A DNA stretch of 64,000 nt from Raillietiella orientalis (taxonomy: Eukaryota), in NCBI GenBank assembly GCA_036172245.1, contig JAYWIR010000066.1:1-64000 (forward strand). Direction: 5' to 3'. The notes under the pieces are model-generated. The model worked only from the letters and a program-made list of their open reading frames with translations. It ran no database searches and was not told the origin of the DNA. The stretch's first letter is position 1; every line of letters begins with the position of its first letter. The translations under genes were made by a program, and so were the position numbers. Positions 48,950-59,400 of this stretch are shown one piece after another.

Positions 48950-50450
48950 GCCTCCTCGCAGTCTAGGGAGGAGGAAGTCCCAGCTGCAACCTGTCGAAAC
49001 GGGTGAAGGCACTGCTCCCCCATAAGATCGGAGGTCTGACAGCGCTCCTCACCGTCTCCAGGATTCTTTTTTCTTTTCAGGAAGCCACATGGTATGTTTG
49101 AGTCGAATTCGACATGAAGAAGAGGTCGAATTTGTGGAAAGGCGCGTGCTCCTTAGCAAGGTGCTCTTCGGCCTGCAGAATGGGCAAGAAAACAGCTCCA
49201 GCGGAAGATTCTCTGGAGGTAACACAAGCTGCGGGCTAGACCGAAAACTTTTATGCCTCCTGAGAGAGGTAGTTGGGGCCTGTATGAAGTCGTCGCAGCA
49301 GTCCGTGGACAGCGTGGATGCGCGACAGCTCCTGGATCCCACCGAGAGCCCACTGACCTTATGCTGCGCACGGAGACTGCTCGAAACTGGTCAACAGCTT
49401 GAGAGTCCTGGGTCATCCCTAGCGGGCAAACACGGAGACCGGGAGAACATCGACCTCACGTAGAAGAGGAAACAGGCAATGGTGGTGATCCGCCGCTTCA
49501 AGATGCTGCCTCGAAGCAAGGAACTACGGCAACAGGAACCAGCCATGGTGATCCTTTATTTCATTAGGGACCCTCAGGAGATCTGGAAACGGATGATCCA
49601 GAGGCCAGGAATGAGGATTCGAACGGTTTGTCACGAGTGGCAGCTGCCACAGAGTGCGACTGCATCGCTGCATCACGTAAACGATTGGAAGATTCAGCCA
49701 CAGGACCCGCGAGATGTGGAAGCATCAAGCGACCAATGCGTGGCTCCAGGGACAACACCCGCAAGGAAATGAAATAAGAAACATCCTAGAAGAACTGCTA
49801 GATTTTGAGGCCACAAACCTCTACGGGATCCGAAACATAAACCCTCCAGCAGTTGGCACAAGGATGCGGAGGAAAGACCTACCACCAGACATCCAGGATG
49901 ACCTCCTGATGTACTACGGCGGAGACATCCTGAGTAGCTGAAGCATTAGACAGGAAGAAGCCAATAAGAGCTCTGCAAGACCTGCGTAACTCGACATTTT
50001 CACCTGCCGGAACCCTGCAGTAGCCTGGACCTCCCTACGCTGGAGCGAATGAGGCGACAGCTCCAATTCCGCAGACTCACCTTTGCGTCCAAGTTCTGGA
50101 CTACACCTGGGTGCTCTCCGGAAGAATCCTCGCCAAATGGGCAACTGGCTGCGAAGGACTGACCTCGGTCATCGTGGCCACCAAGTGGAGCCTGGACCAT
50201 TTCGGCCCCCAGCCCCGACACATGGCTGCCTTTGTGCAGAAGAACCCCTGGATCTCCGTCCTCCCCGCAAGCTGGACGGCCTGGCTGCAGGAGTCCCTTT
50301 TTCTCATGGGGAAAGATCAACGGCACGAGCGAGGCAGAATGCATCTGCCTTCGGAACAGCAGATACGCTCTCCAGCTGCTGAGGGAGATCCTGGGGAACA
50401 CCAGAATCTGCTGAAGGCTTTGTTTACCCCTCTCGCTTTAGTGCTGCTCT
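48950..50450 (+). mobile_element. Decayed non-LTR retrotransposon 3' region (second subfamily)
   Basis: DLPPDIQDDLLMYYGGDILS followed by CKTC is homologous to DPPPDTQDNLLIFYHGGILS...CRACGDLHTRVH at about 38830-38970. Confidence 0.5.
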
Positions 50451-50499
50451 CCCTAAGGGGAGCAATGGACAGCCAACTGCCAGCAAGGTGATAAGTGAC

Positions 50500-51700
50500 C
50501 TGAGTGATAATGAGCAGGAAAAAGCATCTGGGTGCGTGGACAGTTCAGGAGCTGGCGGACGCCGCGACCCCGAGTGGTCCCGCCAAAAGGACTGCTACGC
50601 TGGGGAGAACTGCTAAAAATTCCTACGGAGGAGGTAGGGTGGCCCCCGGCGTGTTGGAACAGTGCTAACCTCCCCCTGAAGTGACAGGAGTCGGCGACCC
50701 TGCCGTTGCACTGGGGCCTCCTGTGCAACGCCCGCCGACACCATTATACCCGGAGGAATGTGATCCCTAAGTGCGTCAGGTGCGGAAAAAGAGAGTCCCT
50801 CCTGGACCTGCTCGTGGATTGTGTCGCCCTCCGTCCCATGTAGGAAGCTTCGCCGTGTCCCTGCGGATCCACGAGGGCAACCCCAGAGACGTTTTAGAGA
50901 GCCTCTTCTTGCGCGACGCTGGAGCGAGCTGCTCGCGATACCTCCGGAGGAGGTGAAGTGGCCCTCAGCGTGTCGGGACAGTGGCACCCTCCCCCTCGAG
51001 TGGCGGGAGTTGGCGTTGCCGGTGTTGCATGGGGAAATCCCATGCAAAGAGCGCCACCGCTTGACGCGGAGTGCGGATGCCAATTGGGGTCGATGCGGAG
51101 AGAACGACACCCTCCAGCATCCCCTTCTGCTGGACTGCGCTTCCCTCCGTCCCCTTTAGGATCGCCTAGCGACGACCCTAGGAATCCCGGTCGGCGGCCC
51201 CAGGGACATTGTGCAAACGCCCCTTCGCGCGTGGTTCCGCACTGCATGTGGGAACCAGCCGCGTCGCTGCAGACCTCGCGGGATCGTGGCGGCGTGGAAG
51301 ACCAGAAGCAAAGGGCCGAAATGGAAGAGACGCCATCACCCACTGGGCGACAATCTTCCTGAAGACCGCCTCGAGATGGCCTCACCCGAGCTAGGTACGG
51401 ACGGAACTTGCAAGTATCCCGAGAAGGATGCCAAGGACAAATCAAGGCGAAAAGTGATCCCTTCCCCAGGAAAAATTTCCCTCCCGTTTTTATCTTTTTT
51501 GTTTGCTTCCTGTTTTTTTCGGCTTTCCCTTCCCCGTCGCCGTGGAAACGGACCTCGCCGGTCTACGTACTGGTCACGGTAAGTTCCGGGAACGTGGTGC
51601 AACCACGTGGTGTTCTGCCACTCTTGGACATTTTCACTGGACTTTTGTTTTTGTTTTGTTTAATAAGCAATGCTCCCGGTAAAACCGGGCCGAAGGAAAA
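50500..51700 (+). mobile_element. 3' part of an L1/Tx1-like element (C-terminal zinc-binding region and 3' UTR)
   Basis: RWSELL...VKWPSAC...LPLEWRELALPVLHGEIPCKER...RCGENDTLQHPLLLDC is the zf-RVT/CCHC pattern of Tx1-type ORF2, followed by a UTR with hairpin. Confidence 0.75.
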
Positions 51701-51989
51701 CCCTCAGCCAGGATTGGACAACGCTGGAGGCGGTGACCGGCCTGCAGGCGACGACGAAGACGGAATCGCTGGCGGGAATGTTTGAAGGAAGGGGAACGTT
51801 CGCCGATACAAGTCTTCCCCCGGCCTCTTCATCGCGAGCATCGTGGTGAGATCAGAAACGCGGAAGATCACCAGCATTCCAGTGCCTACTGAGAATATCC
51901 TGGAAGGAGCGCGGAAGAAGGAGATTGGCATCAGGAACTGTGGCAGAGTACCCGCCTGGACCTACCGTTACGTGTTGAGGAGGATGGCG

Positions 51990-52460
51990 GTTGACACGCG
52001 GTCACGCCGAAGCGTTTGTTTATTAAAAATAAACATACCGGGAAGTGGCAGGATGCATGATCCTGCCACGTTACAAGGATATACGGAAGGAACCTTCCGA
52101 GAACCAGCGCGCAGGCCGGCGAGGTTCTCCACGACAGCACAGGGGAAGGGAAGATAAACAAAAAGAAAAAAAAATACAAACTGGGGAGGGAGGGAGGGGG
52201 CAAGAAGGGATCATCGCGTGCTGGAGAGTGTCCTCTGTATAATTGTAAGGATGCCGGCAAGTTCCTGTTTCACTGTTCCCATATGGGGACATCTTGACTC
52301 TGTCCTCAGGAAGAAGACCTCAACATGGATGGCGTCCCTGCCGTCCTGGTCTCCTCTTGCGTTGCTCCATGCAGCCACGGTCACGCCGCGTGGGCAACAA
52401 AGTGCTGCTGGGGATGAGGCCAGCGTTTTAAAGGCCGAAAGAGGCGCTTTAAAATGTCTC
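51990..52460 (-). mobile_element. L1/Tx1-like 3' end
   Basis: Minus strand carries GGGACGCCATCCA and ACCTCGCCGGCCTGCG motifs shared with the other 3' ends, a 10-bp hairpin and AATAAA. Confidence 0.6.
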
Positions 52461-52749
52461 TGAGGCTGCTCTCGGGGGTCTTGGAAGATGGCAGAAGCTG
52501 CCCCAAGTGAGTGGGCTGCCTTCCCTCCCGGGATCCCCGCGAGCCACCCCGAATGGAGAAACCAATCGGAAATGCAGACAAAGAGGGTGGCATTTCAGTG
52601 ACTTGAAAGTGTTGTGTGCACCAACACTTGGGAAAGTGTCTGCCCCCCAAAAAAGTACCGCTGTCGTTCTTATTGAAATATTACTTATTCACTAAGTTCA
52701 CCCCTCCGCGGGTCGCCCTTGGACTATCGGGAATTTTTTTTTTTTTCTG

Positions 52750-53200
52750 GTGGCCATCCTTGCTCGTCCGGATTCTGGGAGGCAGTCGGCAGCGGGATGC
52801 CCTCTGTGCGTGTGCGTCAGATCAAGGGGTGAGGAATCTTCATTCTTGCACCCGTGAGGCAGTTCCCTGCCTCTTCGGCCCCGGAATCGGGGCTCGCCCG
52901 TGCCCTTCGGAGTTTTCCCGGATGCGAAGGGCCGTAGACGTTTTTTGGTCCCTTTGCCGACGACGGGTGCGGGCTCGTGTTTCGGAAGGCCGCCGCCGCA
53001 AGCGCTGGGGCCGGTCCGAATCTTCCGAAAGGGAGCCGTCCGCTGCTCGACACTCAAGACGCTGAGTTCCACGTGCCCTCCATCCCACAGGTGTGGGACG
53101 GGCACTGGAACAACTGACATCAGGAAACTCGCCAGCCAGACGGAAGCGGAAGCCGCGGTTCCAAATGAAGAATATTCTTACGGTAGGAGGACGCTCAGCT
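52750..53200 (-). mobile_element. Decayed APE endonuclease fragment
   Basis: FIWNRG, TGPSACGG and KNVYGPS occur in the order expected for WNVNG, GT..S.GV and NVYAPS. Confidence 0.35.
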
Positions 53201-55369
53201 GCTGCCGCTTGCGTCCGAGATCTACAACAACGAAACGCGATCCTGGAAGTCTCCTTCTTGCCCGAGCGAACTCCGTCCTTTGGGGAGTTATTCCCCCCAA
53301 CGCTTCCGATCTTCCCGACAGGGAGACGGAAAAACGATAGGAAGCAAAGACGGGGATCGGCTCTGGCTAAGACGCCGGTGAACTTGGAAACACCTCCGGG
53401 TCTCCCCAGCCGCGGATGAGGGAAAGCCCGGTTTTCTCGGGACTCATCGACTGGATGGGGTGTGCTGTTCTCCCCCACCATGCAAGAGGAACGCGGGGGA
53501 CTCCCCGCCCGACCGCGAATCTCGAGGTGGGCGGAAACGAGGGAGCTATGAGAGAGAGAACGATCGCAGTCATCTCTATTGCGACGCCACCTCGGAGGGT
53601 CGAGGTGGTGCTGCGCGCACCTGGTGCCAGTTCGGGCTCCTGGATCGTCGCTCTCCGCGCACACGCACGCGCGTCACGGCCGCCGGGGTTGTGAAAAGGC
53701 CGCCGTCGATCCAGTGCTCATCTGTACCAGACTCTGGTCCGCAGAACCCTGCAGCTCGCTTCCGCTTCCCTGGCTGCTTACCCGCGGCGTGGGTCTGGGA
53801 GTCTGGATGCCATCAGCCTGACTGTTCTTCACCCTGAAGATCTCCAGGGATGTCCTTTGCCAGGCCGGCGCTTGCCGCTGGCACGTGCGGCGAGGACGGA
53901 ATCCTTGGCAACCGCATACGGCTGGAGGAAAGAGATGAGAGGACGCCGCTTAATCAAGTGTCCTCGTTCTTCGGGTTCTACCAGGATGCTTTCAAGAGCA
54001 AAGTCGCATCTTCTCTTCGGATACGCGGATGGCCTGGAGCAAAGGTCTCTCCCGAGGGCAGTTCCGCAGGGAGGAAGGGGATTTTCCCTCTTTCTTCTTC
54101 CCCTCCTGCCTCATCCGACCCGCGTCCTCGCGGATGGTCTGCAATCCTTGAGGACGACCGGAGATCGTCTACGGCGATCTTTCCTGGTCCGCTTCCCTCT
54201 CCCAGCATTCCAATTCCTCTCTTGCTTTTCTTCTCCAGAGAAGAAGCTGGAGAAAATCGCGTAGGTCTCGTCGACCTGCCCGTGACGGGACTTGCGAGAC
54301 CCATCTAGCAGCGACGCCTGGAAGCGCTTGGACGCACCGTCGATGAGGGCGGCTGCCGGCTCACGTTTTTTTTTGTACCTGGAGACCAACACACAGCAAC
54401 GCTCAAAAGGGAGGGTGGTCTCGCATGTTACCAGGAAGAGAAGGAGAGGGATCTCCGCCATCCTAGCGCCTCTTCGCGCTTTTCTCGCTGCCACCTTGTT
54501 GAGCGTAACGTCTGAGAAATGACCGCTGACTGTGCGACCCATCCGATGACCCCAGTAGATCAGAAGGAAGCTCTGGATTTTGCCGGAGGTCTCTTTCTTT
54601 CACGTGGTGTTCGGTTCGCCTCGGTGGAACTTTCAGCTCCCCCCCGGGTGCTCGTCTCTGGTTTCTGGCTGAATCATGCCCGCCGGGAGAGACCTTGCTG
54701 AGAGGGCAAGTTCCGAGACGGACACTGCCCTGGAGGGGTGGAGAGCAGGCATGCCTCACCGCTCCCTCTCCTCCCTCTTCTCGGGATCTCCCCATGCCGC
54801 CGGCTGGTTTTCGGAAGGCCCACCCATCGCTCGCCAGTACCTTCTCTCCTCTTCCTGGTGGCTACTGCCTGAGCAGGGTTCGAAAAAAAGGTCACAGTAG
54901 TTTAAGGGTACGTAAGTCGTCGTGAGTCAAGTGACACACATGGTCATTTTTCTCACGATCTTTTTTTTTTTAAAAAAAAAGAAGGGGGTCAGTGGCGACG
55001 ACCTCACGTTACCATGACGACGGAAACCCTGCGGGCTCCTCCACTCGTGCTGCATTCCTCCCAGCTTCTGTTTCTTCGGGTTTCCTTTCTTCTTCGGTTT
55101 GCCAAGTGCCGAAGACCGGCGCCATTCACAGATGAGAACGACACCCCCATTTCTTGTGAATGCAGAATGACACTCCAGCGTGATGCTGGAGGCTGCTTCT
55201 TGAAGATGTAGCGATCGTCGGGACGACAAATTCGCGCACTCTGAGAGAGTTCCCTCCCCCCTCCCTCCGTTCTGCTGGCCGCCCTTACTGCCTGTCTGCG
55301 AGTTCGCCTCCGCTCTTGGACGCTCGTGGGAAAGGCAACGCCGCGACTCGACCGACGGGCACGTGCGGC

Positions 55370-55765
55370 ACATGTGCACCGCAGGTTTCCTCGGAGAGAG
55401 GGCAGGTGGCCTGGTCAGGGGGAACCCCCGAAGGGACGCAGTCCGCTCCTCCCGCTCCGGAGAGGATCCCCCGAAGGGTGGACTCCGTGACTCTCACCGG
55501 ACCTCTTTCGGCGAAGCTCCGAGGCTGCTGGAACGACCCGGGGGGTCTGCCCCCGATCCCGGCTAGTCAGCGGGGCACCTGGTCTCCAAACCAGTCATCA
55601 CGATGCCACTCCCGAAGCCCGTGGAGCCAACCGGTGTCGCCCTGAGGAGGAAGGGGGCACTCGATACCCACTGAATCTCTCACCTCCCGTTCTCGAGGTC
55701 GACCCTTCCCGGGCGGGATTCGAACCCGCGACGCCTGGCGCCACGCGGCCACCACTAGCGCGGGT
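55370..55765 (-). mobile_element. tRNA-derived SINE, copy E (5' part)
   Basis: Minus-strand GGCGTCGCGGGTTCGAATCCCGCCCGG, a canonical B-box/T-arm, followed by GGGTCGACCTC and body blocks GCGTCCCTTCGGGGGTTC. Confidence 0.65.
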
Positions 55766-55849
55766 TCTCCAGGTTCCGTAGGCTGCTTGAGGACCATTGT
55801 AGTCGCTCATCACGCCATCTTGTGGCACATTCCGGCATTAGTGAATAGG

Positions 55850-57800
55850 CTGAGGTCACGTGGGCTCCGAGGTGATCCTAGGAACCCCACTGGGCGGTTC
55901 CTGGGACATTTTTAGGCACTTGCCTCCAGCCGCGTCTCTTGCAGTTCTCTGCTGCCTTCGCGGAATCACGACTCGGTATGGAACGCCAGTCCCACCTGCT
56001 TAGCCGGATGGAAATGTCCGTTCTTCCGCTCCGGCGAGCTCCAGCTGTCCTGGGGAAAGTCGGAGGGAGCCAGCAGTTACTAGATGGCTCGAATCGTCTT
56101 TCGCCCCTACGCGCGGTTCTCCTACGACTCCAAATAGGGCGAAGGTGCAGGCTGGATACCCGGATTCTACCGGAATTCGAGTGGCAGCGGCGCGAGCTCT
56201 CCGGAAAGGAAACCTGGCTACGGTCTTCGACCCCGTTGAAGGGTCACCGACTATCTGCCACCCATCGCTCGCCACACGGTAGACAGGTCCCCTGCAAAGG
56301 AAGGGAGAGCTCCGGGATAGCGATTCCTGGACGATGCGACCGCTAAAGTCCCGAATCCAGGAGGAGTTTACCACGGGGGCGCGCACAGGTCAAAGCGTTC
56401 TCGACACGGGACTCCTTTACCTGTCGGCGAACTTGAGTGGGGACGCAGCAGCCCTGGCAGATCGTTCGTTGGCTTTCCACGGTAGAATCGGCAGGCGGCC
56501 GGGCATCACTGGGAGCGTGCTTCAGACAGGGTCGAGGTCCGGTCGAGGGCCCTCCCGCTATTCGACGACCCCTTTCCATCCTTCCCAGCCTGGCGCGGAA
56601 CCCCTTTCGCTGCAGGTGGACCCCAGATGGCAGGTTTGCTCCTCCTGACGCTCTTGCGACCCCTGGGTCTTGCTGCCTTGATGGGCGGCGTGGGCACTGG
56701 GAAATGCCCTGCTAACTACCAACCCCCACACAGGGCCCCGGAGAGAACCTATTCGGACGGACCAAGCCGGCATCCTGGAAAGGATGCAGACTCCCTCCCT
56801 CCAGCGGACAATGGTCCCTTCCCGACCCTCCCCAAAATTTCTATTTATTTTTCTTTTTCTTTTCTTTCATCTCCGTCCGCTACCCACCCCCTCCGGTCTG
56901 CGCGCCGGCGATCCGACAGGGCCGTGGACAAACGAGGTGTGGTAGGACCACGCATCCTACCGCAACTTACGAGTTTCCTTTCGAGTTTAATAAACGCCCC
57001 CGGCGTGTCCGTGTGGAAATTGGCGGCGACCAGGGGGGATCCCTCCCAAGCTTGGGAGGAACGGACTGCTTCCTCTGGAACCTTCCTGGACTCATAGGGT
57101 GGTCCCTCCGGGACCGCTCCCTAACTCGAAAGTCACACGCACCCTCGGGTAGAGTCAAAGAGCTTCGTGAGCTCTTCGTGAGGAGGCGAGCGGTTCTTCA
57201 GCATTTGGCGAAACAGAGAAAAGAGAACCGGAAGGCAAGCAGTGAAGACAGAAGAACCCAAAAGGATTTCGAACTTCATCAGAATCTTTGGTATAGTATG
57301 ACTACCACGAAACCCACCCTAGGCCAATCCTCGCGACGACCCTAGGAACCCCGCTGGGCGGTTTCTGGGACATTTTTAGGCACTTGACGCCAGCCGGCGT
57401 CTTTTGCAGTTCTCTGCTGCCTTCGCGGAATTACGACTCGGTGCAGAACGCCAGAAGAGCGCCGAAATGGAAGGGACGCCATCCACTGGGCGCGGATCTT
57501 CCTGAGAACAGCCACGAGATGGTCCCAAGCTGGGGATCACAGGCAACGAACTTACCCCATCCTGGAAAAGATGCAGAGGACGCCTGGCAGCGCAGTGATC
57601 CCTTCCCCGGTTCCCCCCCGTCCCCGCGTGTAAATCCTACCCTCCCCACTTTTACTTTTGTTTTCCCTTCCCCCACGCTGCTGAAGCGGACCTCGCCGGC
57701 CTACGGATGCGGCAGCTTTACTGCGAGTGGAAGAACCAACGGTTCAACCACATTATTTTACATCCATATAATAAATGCCGCGGCATAACCGACTGATGTC
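55850..57800 (+). mobile_element. Cluster of L1/Tx1-like 3' fragments
   Basis: A ~110-bp block is duplicated at about 55877 and about 57341. HGRQVPCK...RCDR and PKWKGRHPLG motifs are shared with 50500-51700. Two 3' ends carry AATAAA (56989, about 57770). Confidence 0.65.
57030..57152 (+). mobile_element. 3' fragment of the same SINE family (copy F)
   Basis: CCTTCCTGGACTCATAGGGTGGTCC...CACACGCACCCTCGGGTAG matches the 3' ends of copies B, C and D. Confidence 0.6.
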
Positions 57801-59039
57801 ATCCTAAGCCAACAGTAACGATCTCCCCATGAGGTCGCAGCTGACTTTTTCAGGAAAAAAAACCCTGGAAATAGACGGTAGCCTCCGGATAGCCTCCGGA
57901 TGTCCGGAAGCAACACGTTTGCTTCCCTTTATTATGCTGATGATGTCTCCGCACGGAGGAGCACGCGGGACTGCCCTTTCCCCTTCCCTTCCAAGCTGCC
58001 CGAGAAGCTCTCTCAAGGGAAGACCTCTCCTTCCGAGGAGCGCAATTCCGGTCGTTCGCCGGAGACGCCGCCGGCTCCAGTCACAGGTCGTAATGCCTCT
58101 GGCGCTGCTATGCCCGGGTGACCAGAAGGTCGCTCGAAGCCGATGGCTGCCGAGTTCCGCTCCCGGGAAGCTCATCACGCGAACCCATCTCCAAACACCC
58201 CGCGCTCCAGGAAACCCTAAACTGCGCAGGCACGCGGCTTGTCGGTCTGAAGACCTTTGACCAGCGCCCATTTTTCAGGCGTCATTGGCAATCATTTCCA
58301 TCTCACGTCTTAACGGGAACCGGTCAGCATCCTGCACGGCACGCGGAGGTGGAAGGTGTTCCGTCGATGACCTGCTCCCCACCAGCATGAAAAGTATATA
58401 TGTATACATAGGTCTACTTTGTTTGCTGCCCTTGAGCTCCTTCCCCGAGGCGGACGTCTCTGGGCAAGCCAGCTGGCTTCTCGCCAGATCACCCAGAATT
58501 CTTCGGACTCTGGGCAAGAACCGAAGTCGCTCTCTTTTGCTTTTTCGAACGTTTGTTGCTGCAAGTTGCAATCCCCCGACCCCCCCCCCCCCCCGGCGGT
58601 GACCGGATGTCGCAAGTCTTGCGGGTTCCCTCGTTCATCCGACGGAGGTGTCCCCCGCCACTCGAAAGCTCCGAAGCAGCAACCGCGTCGATCACCTCCG
58701 GGATGGAGAGAACACCAAGGTGCTTCCTCCGGTAAACGGGGGGGTCCTGGGTCCGGATTCTGACCCGTGGAATCTGCCATCCGCTGCGCCCGCCGCCCTG
58801 CGGGGGGAGGCATCGGATGATATCCCGAACCGCAGGCGCTGAAAAACCGTCTCCGCGACTGCGAGGCTCAGCACACATCATCTCCAGCCGGGTGGGGGGG
58901 GCAGCCCTTTTCAAGTCGGAACCCGTCCGAAGGAGCTTCGTCACGCCATGCGCGTTTTCGCGCGCGTCGGCACGACTGAAGCCAAAAACCCATTCCCTCC
59001 TTCCCCCCCCCCCCATCTTATCGAAAGTTCCTTCCCCGG

Positions 59040-59042
<3 letters not shown>

Positions 59043-59072
<30 letters not shown>
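59043..59072. repeat. (GA)n microsatellite
   Basis: Uninterrupted AG dinucleotide run. Confidence 0.9.
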
Positions 59073-59076
<4 letters not shown>

Positions 59077-59149
59077 TGAGACCGAATCAAAAATAACTTA
59101 CTTGACTGTGTTTGTATGACTTGCGCCCGACCTCCTAATTTGTTTGGTC

Positions 59150-59400
59150 GGGCCCCTGCCCGCACGCCATTCCGCGTCGCCTCCGAGCGCGCGCGCAGGC
59201 GGAAGGGTGACCGCGCGTGCCTTGCCGACGAGGCCATCTTTCCCCGCGAGCGGGCAAGCGGCATCCCGCGTCGCAAATCGTGAAAGGGGATGGAGGAAGT
59301 CGTTCCTTCCCACCCCGGCCCCCTCCTTTTTCCTCCCCCTCCTCCTCCTGCCCTTTTTTGCGCATGCGCAAGGGACAGTCGGAGAAATATGCTCTCCACG
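59150..59400. promoter_or_regulatory. Candidate CpG-rich housekeeping-type promoter
   Basis: Perfect NRF1/Erect-wing palindrome TGCGCATGCGCA (59359-59370), YY1/Pho-like GCCATCTT (59233-59240) and dense CGCG. Minus-strand donor AA|GTAAGT at 59102/59101. Confidence 0.4.

Noticed and set aside
55700..55770. tRNA genes suggested by GGTTCGAATCC motifs (also about 30430, 32030, 36920, 38265)
   Set aside because: No complete cloverleaf could be built, and each motif is attached to the same repeat body, so they are SINE heads.
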